Source of the DNA: Amphiscolops sp. MND2022
Lineage: Eukaryota
Length of the DNA: 64,000 nt
Direction: 5' to 3'
Assembly: GCA_964187785.1 (NCBI GenBank)
Contig: OZ076409.1
Span: 20,648,001 to 20,712,000 of the forward strand
Position numbers and translations under genes: made by a program. This document shows positions 12,363-23,519 of the stretch, in pieces. Numbering within the stretch: position 1 is the first letter of the stretch; each line of letters starts with the position of its first letter. The notes under the pieces are model-generated. The model was not told where the DNA came from. It did no database searches and saw only the letters and a list, made by a program, of their open reading frames with translations.

Positions 12363-12606
12363 TGTTATACGGTGCACTACCGTGTCCGAATTTATTCGGT
12401 TCATCAAGTGCCAATCAAAAACAGACTGTTGAACAACAAACTATAATTGTTCCTATTTTTGTTGATACATATTTATATATACATATGTATGTTAGAATAA
12501 TCTTTTGGAACCATTGTTGCATAGAATTGATATAGAATATAGTTTGGCACAAAGATACTTTAGTACTGCAATTCATCTTTTTAATTTACCAAGTGGAAAT
12601 ACAACA
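12363..12606 (+). repeat. Gypsy-1 3' LTR
   Basis: Direct copy of 1421-1664, preceded by a polypurine tract at 12352-12362. Confidence 0.95.
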
Positions 12607-12975
12607 ATTAGTATTATGGACATAGACACTAGTATAGATGTCTATACCGACTCGTCAAAGTCACACAATTTGCAAAAACGATGCACACTGTTTGAGTTCG
12701 CTGTTCGCATCAATCAAATTCGTCCCATTGTTACTCCCATTAGAGGAAGGATGATCACATAAAGACGTGAAAACACAAAGTCATTTTTCCAATGTTTTCT
12801 CATGTTTTTCACGTATCTTGATCCAAAATAATCAACTGCAACATAAGGGTCAAATAATTGGACCAAAACCAGCATTTGTTCGCTGCCAACTGCACTGATG
12901 AATGTTGACGTATTGAATCATATTCCTGGAGCATAAAATGAAGGTGATCTTCCCTCGCGTATCTTCAAGGTCAAC

Positions 12976-15958
12976 TGTAGGATTTTTGACCTTTCACTCA
13001 TGATTATGGTGTTTATTAAATTTTATTTCATCAGCAAGGTAGAAAATCCGGAGGTGATATCGTATAAAAGTAAAGATTACAATAAGTACTTCAAGTACCT
13101 CGCACTATTGTTTAATGTCAATAATATCGTCTTTAGTCCCGCGGACAACCAAAACAACCATTCGTAGCTGCTATGAAGCGACCGCACAACGTATTAATGC
13201 AGTAAGACGGCCGCCACCACCTAAACCTATGTAAGAAGATTCTAATCGGAACGAAACTTTAACATTGAATTTCTCGATATCTATTGCAAATATATAAAAA
13301 AGTAAACCACCAAAATGTCCCTTTTTTGACCTGACTACGTGCTGAGGAAATACTTAGGAACTTTTGAGGAACGAGTTTCAACAAATTGCACTAAAAGTCA
13401 TAATTTACCGTGAACAGAATTGTAGTCAATTTGCTATGTTAATACATGTATTTGAGGGTAAGCGAGAGTGAAACTTTGTTTTGTGTGCTATGAATACAGC
13501 TCACCAAAACGTGTCAGAAAGCAAAAAGAATGAAAACTAGAACGCGCTGTGAGTGGCTGTACGCGTAGCTAATAAGAAAACGGCCGCCGCACACTTTGAA
13601 ATAATCCCCCCTCTTAATAGAAATTAAAAATCAAAACCCGATTTCCCGAAGATGAAAAAAGATAGCGACAAACGGTTTTCAGCATTCGACAGCCCGTCCA
13701 AAGAACAACTTAAGTTGAGAATATGAGCTTCGTGTAACAATGAGAACATATTGGGGGAAGCTTTGAAAACAAGTGCGTATAAAATTTTGACGAGTTTCCA
13801 AAAATGAGTTTCCTTTAAAACTTTCGTGTGATCGCTACAGTTGTCAGAAAATGTTCGGATATAGCCTAATTTAAAGATAATTGCTTGTCCTAACTTGTGG
13901 TAAATGGAAAATAAATAATAATCAGTAGTTTTTGAGATTTGACTCAGCAAACGTTAAAAAAGGCCCTAAAATGGCCTAAATAGCCGTTTTTTGCCTGTTA
14001 TCGCTCAGTACTCAACGTAGAAGCGTACAATAGCCGCACCTTTTGCAGCGTACTTGAGAATTGAAGTGGAGGAGTGAATGAAATAATAAATAGAGTGCTG
14101 CGGCGCGCTAGCGAGAAACCCCCAAGAATTGAAAGTAGAGAATTTTTGTTGTCAGTACTGAAATCGACTTACCAAAATGCTAACCCCCTCCGCACGTTTT
14201 GGGCGATATCGAGCTCAAACTTTCAAGATACACGCACAAGAGCCAGACGCACAGCGTTTAGAAGGAACTTTTTCCGAAAAATGACCTGGTGTTGAGATAT
14301 TGACCTCTAAAATTGGAGGTCACGTCACGAAAATTCGAAAAACAACCCCTTTCAGAAAAAGCGTCATCAAATTTTGTTGACACAAGCTAGAGACCTCATC
14401 TAAAATGCAAAATACTTTTAATAGCTTGGGCTAGAAAATTGATTATAATGTCAGCTTTTGTAGCCTTTGAAGAGTACTTTCAAATGATGTACTTGGTTTT
14501 AGTCCCCTGGGATCGGAGCACCTAGTTTTTGCCCTTCAATGTTGTAATACGAAAATCGACTTCTTAACATGAATGAAAATCGCCTTTTAGGTCAATGTAA
14601 ATTGTTGGAAATTATTTCCTTCAGCCATATTTTGCTGAAGAGAGTTGTCAGGGGCCGTGTAAAAAAAACAGGCCTGGCAAAAAGTGCAAATGTCAATCAC
14701 TAAGTCGACGTTCAAGTCTTGCTTACAAAAGTGGGAAAAATTGAGTCAGTAACACCTCCCCATAAATCTTATTGAAAACGAAGTAAAAAACACTAGTCAT
14801 GATTGACAAAAAGGTGGAACCAGGACTGAGCCGTGCTGAGAAAACGTACTTCTGATGAACTTTTAGTACCGAAGTAGGAAAAACTGTATTGCTCAACACT
14901 TAGTCAGGTTCCTAAAAAGGAAAGATGATGAATTATGAAAAATGATATGACTAAACCGCCGAAAAAGTAACTTTGGCCGAAGTGTGCGCTATTTTAGCGA
15001 CACACAAAGTGAGTTGAAATCTGGAAAACGGTTTGCTGCTTTGGTGTCCGATAGCATCCCACATCAGACGCCGGACTATCGAAATTGCAGATTTACTACG
15101 ACTAGCCGGTTTGCCCGTGCCGTCAGCCTAACAACCTGATGCAGCCTGATATATTGCTACCCCGCTTTTCGCTAGTACGGATTTTGACCCGGGAGTAGGG
15201 TGGACTGTATGTCTATCGTATTACATGTAAAATAGCCTAAGTGGGCTGATAATACACGGTTGAGCCTAAGTGGGCTGATAATACACGGTTGAGCCTAAGT
15301 GGGCTGATAATACACGGTTTAAGCCTAAGTGGGCTGATAATACACGGTTTAAGCCTAAGGTGGCTGATAATACACGGTTTAAACCTAAGTGGGCTGGTAA
15401 TACACGGTTGAGCCTAAGAGGGCTGATAATACACTGATAAGCCTGAGTGGGCTGATAGTACACGGATTTTGTTTTCACTCCGAGACCGATAGAGATTTTG
15501 CGGTGAGTCGATTCTTTCGATATCTTCGATATCACCTCCACCCTCACGGATACAAAACTTAACCTTGCTGAAACCCTTGTTCATTGTTTTCTTGTGTTAT
15601 ATGCCTCCTAATATACTCCGTAGTAATCTCCGCTCTTATCGATGTTATCACATCATTCATTCTAGTATCCGTGGATGTGAAATTGTATTTGTGGCTATTA
15701 ATCAACTTATTTTGTTGGTGGGTATTAATTAAAGTTCAACCTGCTTCTTTTCATTAGCGAAAAGATAATCTAAAAACAGCTCAAGAGTAGCGAGACAAAC
15801 CCCTTGAAAGACGGTATAATAACAAAATTGCGAAGATCGTGATTTCCTTGTCACACTTACCCCCACCGCCTTCGATTAAGCTGATTCGTCTCTTCTTCGG
15901 AGTTAAAATAAATTTATGTTTTTGAGAAGATCCCAACGGCACCCACACCCCCGTCACA
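12976..15958 (+). repeat. Gypsy-2 5' LTR (~2.98 kb)
   Basis: TGTAGGATTTTTGAC...CCCCCGTCACA; colinear with 23520-26582. Confidence 0.88.
15235..15467 (+). repeat. 29/30-bp tandem array in Gypsy-2 5' LTR (8 units)
   Basis: Unit GCCTAAGTGGGCTGATAATACACGGTT(G/TA)A. Confidence 0.95.
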
Positions 15959-16009
15959 GGTGGTAGTAAACCACTCCTTAGTAAGTCTACTAAAATTTCC
16001 TTCGTAGGA

Positions 16010-17200
16010 ATGGCCGACGCGGCGAAGGAGCGAAAACAAATTGCCTATAAACGAATGAAGGAAATGGAAAAAGATTTAAATTTGAAGAAGAACTAGATTC
16101 GGACGATTCCATGGTTCTTGAAAATGAATCTAGAAAAAACTAAAAACCCTTGTACGAAAAACCGCCAAAAAAACTAGAAAAATTCCCCAGTAAAGATTAC
16201 ACCCGCTGGGAAAATTGGGTAAAACACTTCAAAGTAGTTGCCAAAGCCAATGGGTGGAATGATCGTCAGCAAATTGCCGCAATGCCTACTTATTTAACAT
16301 CTTGGGCTATTGAAGAATTTGAAACTGTCTCCAAAAGATATATTGAAAAAGAACCCGGTTCTTATCCCCCACGTTTTGATAAACTCCTTGAAATTTTGAA
16401 ATCCAAAATGCAGCAATATCGCAGCCAGCGAGCTACGCGGTCGGAATTTAAAGCAATTAAGCAATGGGAAAATGAAGACCCAAGAGACTACTCGAGAAGA
16501 GTACGTCAGCTCGCTGATATAGCCTTTCCTGAAAAATCGCTCCGGGAAAGAGAACGCGATATGAGAGATCAATTTATCGAAGGACTTTTTGATTCGCGGA
16601 TACAACTGAGTTTGTATCAAGACAAGCGTGACCGTGATTTCGGGGAAACTTTGCAAAGTTTCTTACAAAGCACAAAAACTCGAAATAATCCACAAGACTC
16701 ATGAATCAAAAAGAGATCGAAAACTTGATAAATTACGCTATTCGCACAACGAATCCGAGGATCCCGACCTCTTAAGAGCTGGCTCTTCGAGTAACAACCA
16801 AATTGAAAAAAAATTGCCGCCCTTCAAACATCTTTAACCAATGTGGCAAGTCGCTTTGATCGCTTCGAAAATTCCATCTGCCAGCAAATATCAAAAGAAG
16901 CTGACTCTATAACAAACGAACAGAGACCCTAATGCAGGGTATGAGAGACATGTCAGCTGCGATCGTAGGAGCGTTAGGAAGTTCGCAACGGCCGGTTGGT
17001 GGGCAGCCTCAGAGTTGGCAAGCTCACCGTTTTCAACCCCCTTCACTCCTAACTTTCGTGCGCCGTTATCTAGGACAGGATCGTCGGGTCTGCTAAATTT
17101 TCCCAAACTCCCTCCGAAGAAGCGGAATGTTTTAATTGTAAGGCGATAGGTCACTACGCTAAACAATGTCCAAGTCTTTCGCAATCTAACTCTTTAAACT
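16010..17200 (+). pseudogene. Gypsy-2 gag (decayed)
   Basis: Capsid-like WENWVKHFKVVAKANGW...RDQFIEGL. CCHC knuckle ECFNCKAIGHYAKQCP at ~17125-17173, followed by TTTAAAC. Confidence 0.85.
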
Positions 17201-17486
17201 ACCGGCAGTCGAGTATGCAGTAGCAGGCTCGCGCTTGGGATTCCATCCCTTTCCCCACTGCTACAAATTTTGCGCGAACAAGTCAGCGTGTTCGTTCTAG
17301 ATCTAGGCGTAACGATAGCCGGTTGCGACCGCGCAATCGCAGTAGGCGGATCGAAACCGAAATTTGGAAACAACTGTGCGATGAGTTTGGTCCGGGAGGC
17401 TTTTTCCCAAAAGCATCCCATTCCACTGTTGTAAATAGTCCCCAATACAAAGTTTCTTTGACGATAAACAAGCAGAGCCCGGCTCT

Positions 17487-20400
17487 GTGAAAACTTTTTC
17501 AAAGAAAGATCCAGAATTTCCAAATCAGGCTCGGCCTCATGAGATAAAATCGACAAATGTTGCTCATAGCAAATATATTCCTGGGGCTACGCTTTTGATC
17601 CCCTACGAAGTGGAGAGTTTGCGCTGTTGGGCCATGATAGATACCGGTGCGAGCAGAAGTTTAACGAGTTTAGAACTGGCTAAAACTATTGGTAATCCAA
17701 TAGCTCCCAATGCCAGTCGTTTAACCGGTCCAATAGCCAATGAGATGCCTACCAAAGGTATCGTAAAAGCAGAGGTTAAAATCGGAACTTGCACTGCTTC
17801 CGATGAAATTGTTGTTGTAGAAGATCTCTATCTAGAGATCATGATTGGCCTTAAATTCATGTTAGAAAACAAATGCACGACTGACTTAGTCGAACAGAAA
17901 CTAACGAATCCAAAAGATGATGGTTTCATCATCAAAGTACCCATGCAAGTCGCAAGTGGCCATGTTCCTCCGCCGGAAGATGACGGCTTTGTTTGCGAAA
18001 CGGTACCCGGTCTTGACACAGTGTCAGCGACCTCCAAAATAAACGAAAAACTCGAACAGGAAGTAGACGAAATTTTAGATTTAGCTACCCCTGGACTCAA
18101 AATTACCGAAATAAAGGAAAAATTGCGAAATTTGATTCGCGATTACAGAGATGTGTTCTCACTGCCTTCGGACCTGTTAGGAACCGCGGTAGGAGTAGAG
18201 CACCGCATAGACATAGGCGATGCAAAACTTCAAAATCGCGCCTTACAAAATTGCTCCGCACAAACTAGATGCAGTTCGTGAAGAAACTCGCGAGACGCTT
18301 GAGAAAGGAGTAATCGTACCGAGTAAAAGTCCTTTCAGCAGCCCCATAGTAATGGTGCTTAAGAAAGACGGCTCAAACTGAATGCGTATAGTTTATCGAA
18401 AGTTGAACGACCTTACAGTAAAGGACGCGTATCCGTTGCCACGGATCGGTCAAACGATTGATGCACTGCAAGGACCGGGAGTCTTCTCGTCTCTCGATTT
18501 AGCGAGTAGCTATTGGCAGATTCCAGTCGCGGCCGAAGACCCACACAAAACGGCGTTCTGTACTCCTGATGGAGGATTATACGAGTGCTTGAAAATGCCG
18601 TTTGGCTTAACGAACGCCCCGCCAACTTTCCAAAGGAACATGAACGAAATTTTTACAGAAGACCTGTACAAACATGTGCTTATATTTCTCGATGATGTAT
18701 TGATTTTTAGTAAAACTCCGGAAGAACATTTGGAGCATTTAGAAAAGGTGTTCAGAGTATTGCGCAAAGCCGGTTTACGTCTTAAACCGAAGAAATGTAC
18801 TTTGCTCCGCACCGAAGTCCACTTTTTAGGTCATGTGATTAACAAAGAAGGAACCCAACCAGAACCGAAAAAGATAGCGGCAGTCCGCGAATGGGAACCT
18901 CCGACCGACGTCACCGGAGTTCGCTCATTTGTTGCATTCTGCAACTATTATCGGAAATTTGTCCAAAACTTCGCAGAAGTTGCTCGGCTACTTTATTTGT
19001 TGACCAGCAAAGGATTGAAATTTACATGGACCGAAGAACATGATAAAGCGTTCCTAGCGCTGAAGAAAAGATTGTTAGAAGCTGCAATTCTGTCTGTCCC
19101 AAATTTGAACTTCCGTTCATTATTAATACCGATGCTAGTGATACGGCGCTCAGCGCAGTTTTGTCGCAAGTGATCGATGGGACAGAATATCCGATTGCCT
19201 TTGAGTCGCGAGTTCTATCTGAAACCGAAGTAAATTATGCCACGACCGAAAGAGAAGCCCTAGGAGTAGTACAAGCTGTTCAGTCTTTCAGACCATACAT
19301 TTACGGATCCAAATGCATTGTCTGCACGGATCATGCAAGTCTCCAATGGTTGTTTAGGCAAAATGCGGATGGAATGACTTTTCGAATGGTTCAAAAACTT
19401 CAGGAGTACGACTATCAAATAGTACATCGTCCAAGTGATGAGCATTTTTACGCGGGTGGCCTCAGTCGAAGACCGAATGACATACCCCAATGGCTCCCCG
19501 GCGAAGAAGATGCGTTAAGAGGACCGATTCCAAACTTGACAGCGCGCTATTCGAAGCCGAACGCGATCTTTGAGCCGCCCGAACCAAAGCTCGTGCGAAA
19601 TTGGAAAAGTCAGAGGATGTAGCTCGGCATTTAAAAATGCAGATTTCTCACCCACCAAGAGAAGTAGTCCGATATCGTGAAGGAGATTTCTTTGAATCCC
19701 CCGACTCTCTAGTGTTGTGTGTATCCGCAGATATGAGAGTAGCCACTGCTCCCATGAAATCGTTTGTGAAAAAGTATTCCCATACACCCCCTCTCGCAGG
19801 GTCGGTAAACCGTGTTGGAGGTTTTCTAGTGTACCGAGATGATGGAAAAGGACGTTACTTGTATATAATGATCACCAAGTATTGTAAAGGAGAAGTTGCC
19901 AAATATGACGTATTAAAAGAAAGTCTATTGAGAGTGAAAGAACATCCCAGTTCCCATGGAACTTCCAAACTTGCAATGCCTAGAATAAGTTGCATCGATG
20001 GCGAACTAGAATGGGTAAATATAGCTGTTTGTCTAGAGGTAGTGTTCCAAGATTCGTATTTTACAATCTCTGTGTATACTCCGAGAGATCAAGAGCAAAT
20101 GTACCCTTAGCCTTCGGCTAGGCGAGGTACCTCGCGTTCATCAAGTTTTGATTCCGCCTGTTCCGTTGTCACCCCTGAGGAAATGTTAGTATCAGAGCAA
20201 GTGGGGGGCATATCTCCTGGACTAGATCAGATAGTGACTTAGCGTGTGGTCAAAGAATGGATCGTAGTATGGAAATTTTATTCCGTGAAATGGTGAGACG
20301 TGGAATTCGAATTGTTGGTACATTAGAAGATTTAGGGCCCAACCCCATTCCCCGAGAAGTAGCATTAGAATGGAGTTGTCCAGAGGCGTTAGAACTTGGG

Positions 20401-22008
20401 AGTAAGTGCGGCCAGGTCGCCCTGGCAAACCGAGTCCTTTATCGAAAATGGAAACCCTGCAACCGTGAGCATGAAATATGGTAGGCCGTAGTCCCTTCGA
20501 CTATGAGAGTCGAGGTGTTGTACCAGTTACATGACTCCCCTCTTAGTGGAGGTCATTTTGCAGCAGAATAAAACGTTATCAAGAGTAAAACAGAGATTTT
20601 GGTGGCCTGGTCTCAGGTCAAGTGTAGAGAAGTATATCCCAAAATGCACGCGTTGCGCGGCTAGATCAGCGGCGGGAAAAGGTCGAAAAGCTTACTTGCA
20701 AACAATTGAAGCAAAGGCGCCGTGTTTCGTATTGTTGCAGCAGATATCTTGGGACCCGTAACGCTAGCGAAAAAGTCGCAGGCGCGATACATTTTAGTCA
20801 TATCGGGTTTGCATACAAAGTATGCGGTGGCCGTACCTTTGAGAGACATGACGGCTAAGACGATGGCCACGACTTTAGTCGAAGAGTGGATTTTCAGTTT
20901 TGGGGTTCCCGATACATTACATACGGATCAAGGAACCAACTTTAACAGCGAAGTAATGAAAGATATTTGCCAAGTTTTCATGATCGATGAAACTAGGACT
21001 TCTGCGTATCATCTTCAAGGAAATGGGCAAGTAGAAAGATTCAATAGAGTGATTGCCGATACTATTTCTAAGTATTGCGCCGAAAAACCACAGGAATGGG
21101 ATCTCTACTTACCCCACATCAATTTTGTGTACAATACCACCGTACATAAAACTCTCGGTACGACCCCGTTTTCGATGTTGTACGGGAGAGAACACAATAT
21201 CAAATCAATTTGTTCTATCCAAAGCCTCCGGGCGACCCTCGTTTAGAATTAGGCGAGGTAGGAGCCGCGTTGAGTGATAAGTTATACGAAGTGCATAGTC
21301 ATGCGCAATTGACTATGGGGAAAGAGCAACGTCGTCAGAAGGATCACTATCAGAGAAATGTTCATGGAGAATGTTTTAGGGCACGAGACCGAGTGTGGTT
21401 ACTCGAGCAAAGCGGGACACAAAGCGAAATCCCGAAAGTTCCATCTTCCTTAGCACGGCCCTTACGAAGTATTAAGTCAGACAAGCGAGGTGAACTATCA
21501 GTTATGCAAGCCAGGTTTCCCGGAAAAGTGGCAAAAAATCCATTTCAATCGTCTTAAACCGTACCTAAGCGAATCTCTCCCGAAACGATCCGAACGACTA
21601 GCAAGAAAACACTACCGAAATACGAAGAAATCGAGGATGAGTCTGATTCATCCGATCAAGAAACCAAAAATAGACCGTATCATGTGTTCCGCCCTACTTC
21701 GGCGAGAATCCAAGCCAATAGAAGCCGGCCGCACGTGTCGTTCCACGACGTCCCCGCGTGATTAGCGCCGAAAATGACGAAGAGGTTTCTCTGACTAATT
21801 GTCCTTGTATATAGATGTCCCCGAACCGTCAGAGGAATTTTCATTTCCTGTTTATGAAGAAATACATGAGAGTAGAAATACTCCGCCCCCATCAGACGAG
21901 GAAGACAGTGAAAGCGACCGCCCTGATTCGCTGATGATTGAAACGACACGGAATCGTCGACTGCCAGTGCGCTTTGGCATAGACGAGTACGTTATAAAGC
22001 CAAAATAA
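17487..22008 (+). pseudogene. Gypsy-2 pol (PR, RT, RH, macrodomain, IN), decayed
   Basis: AMIDTGAS; SLDLASSYWQ, MPFGLTNAP, IFLDDVL; NYATTEREAL, TDHASL; LHDSPLSGGHF...CTRC; ADILGP, HTDQGTNF, NGQVERFN; HGPY motif. Confidence 0.93.
19664..20080 (+). other. TARG1/OARD1 (Poa1p-like) macrodomain embedded in Gypsy-2 Pol
   Basis: YREGDFFESPDSLVLCVSADMR...GRYLYIMITK...KYDVLKESL...LAMPRISCIDGELEWVNI...LEVVFQDSYFTISVYT aligns by eye along the whole length of human TARG1 as recalled (YVKGDLF..DSLAHCISEDCR...GRYIYYLITK...TYENLQKSL...LSMPRIGCGLDRLQWENV...IEEVF..TDIKITVYT). Confidence 0.88.
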
Positions 22009-23519
22009 CACTAATGTCTTCGGGTGATGATCAGGTGAGTTGAGTCATCCGAAGTAGTGAAGCTCATCATTCGTTTAGCCGTTCGCGAGCATGACTAATC
22101 GAATTACCTGTAAGCTCGGACAGTCAATCGTGAGGTGATGAGTTCGAAATATAGCGTCATTTGTTTCGCTATCGGCTCACCTTCATTTAGTTTTTGCTAT
22201 AACCTAATTACCTCAGTCACTAGAATTGAAAAATTGTAGTCATCGCTCCTACAGTCAATTCGAATGACTTTCACTAAAAAAATTATCGCATTTAACCTCT
22301 ATGTATCTGTGTTTTGAGTTATCGCAAATTTTTTCTCCGTGCTAAAATAATTCGACTCGCTAGTATAGTCGGAAGATAACGTTTATGTAGTGTTTGTGTG
22401 ATGTAATCGGGTACCTGCGTGAAAAGTAAGAACTCGTTTGGAGCCAGTGATGAGGATTGTCCGCCTAGGTTCGCGCGAATGACTTTTCGTAACGACGAAA
22501 TTGCAGAAGTGACATGTCAAAACAATATTGCTAACAAAGTCACGGTGTGTTATCTGAAGAAGATCCAGAAGAGAGACTACCTCCCCTCCCTGGCGTTATT
22601 TGAGTATCAGTCACTTAGAGTTTTTGCCACGAATGACTTGCGAAGGGAGATTGTACGTTTATTCCGTTGTACTAACTCTACGACATACCTCAAGTAAATT
22701 CAGCGAAATAGTCTGCTCCTCTTTGACTACTATTCAGAAAAGTGAAATAAAAGTGTTAATATTATTTGGGATGTTATATATGCCGATTGAAAGAACAACC
22801 ACTGACTTTGCGAATTCTGGAGAAAGAAGTGTGTCTCGACCTCAACAGCATCGCCGTCGACGAAGTTCAACACTCTCCTTGCCAACAAGACGACAATGTG
22901 TCCCGAGATGATCCGAAGGGTAATTTTGTGTGGACGAAGCCTATCAGCGCTAGTACAGAACCCCACTTGTGAGACGAACCTTTTCACAATGATTAATGTA
23001 TCCGGAGTAAATCCACACCCCTTTAAACCCCCCTGTATTTATTTGCCCCAAAGAAAAGCTCAAAAACTATATTTTCCTTGCTTGGACAGAAAATTGAATT
23101 GATTATTTAAATACTAAGTTTAAGAGAATGAACTAAGAAATCCAATCAGTAGGAACTTAAACTTTGAAAAAATGGTTTTAATAGAAGCCACATTTCGCTT
23201 TCCAAAATCTTATATTGGATTGAAAATAAGAAAATTGTGTGAATGTTTGAAAATTTTTAATGAATTTAAGGTATTTTAAGGAATTGAGTGATTTTGTATT
23301 TAATTAGGAGGATTGTCAATGGAGTGTGAAGTGATTTTACTATTGTTGTCATTGTATTCCGAGCACTTGTTTACAAAATATAAGAGATTAAGTTGATGAA
23401 ACAAGGCTCCATTACAACCTGACTGGACTACGAATTAACGAATCAGAACGCCCCTACTAAAGGAATAAAATTTGAATAAACCAACTACTCAGGAGAGTAA
23501 AAGTCCAAGTGGGGGGGAA

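Larger units (their letters stand above)
1421..12606 (+). mobile_element. Ty3/Gypsy LTR retrotransposon (Gypsy-1), full length but frameshifted, interrupted by a BEL/Pao insertion
   Basis: 244-bp direct repeats TGTTATACGG...ATACAACA at 1421-1664 and 12363-12606. PBS-like TGGCGC follows the 5' LTR and a PPT AGAAGGGGGAA precedes the 3' LTR. Internal order is gag(CCHC)-PR-RT-RH-IN. Confidence 0.96.

Noticed and set aside
15235..15467. CRISPR-like appearance of 24-30 bp repeats (also 5819-6232 and 25925-26129)
   Set aside because: Units are head-to-tail with no unique spacers, there are no cas genes, and the context is eukaryotic LTR elements.
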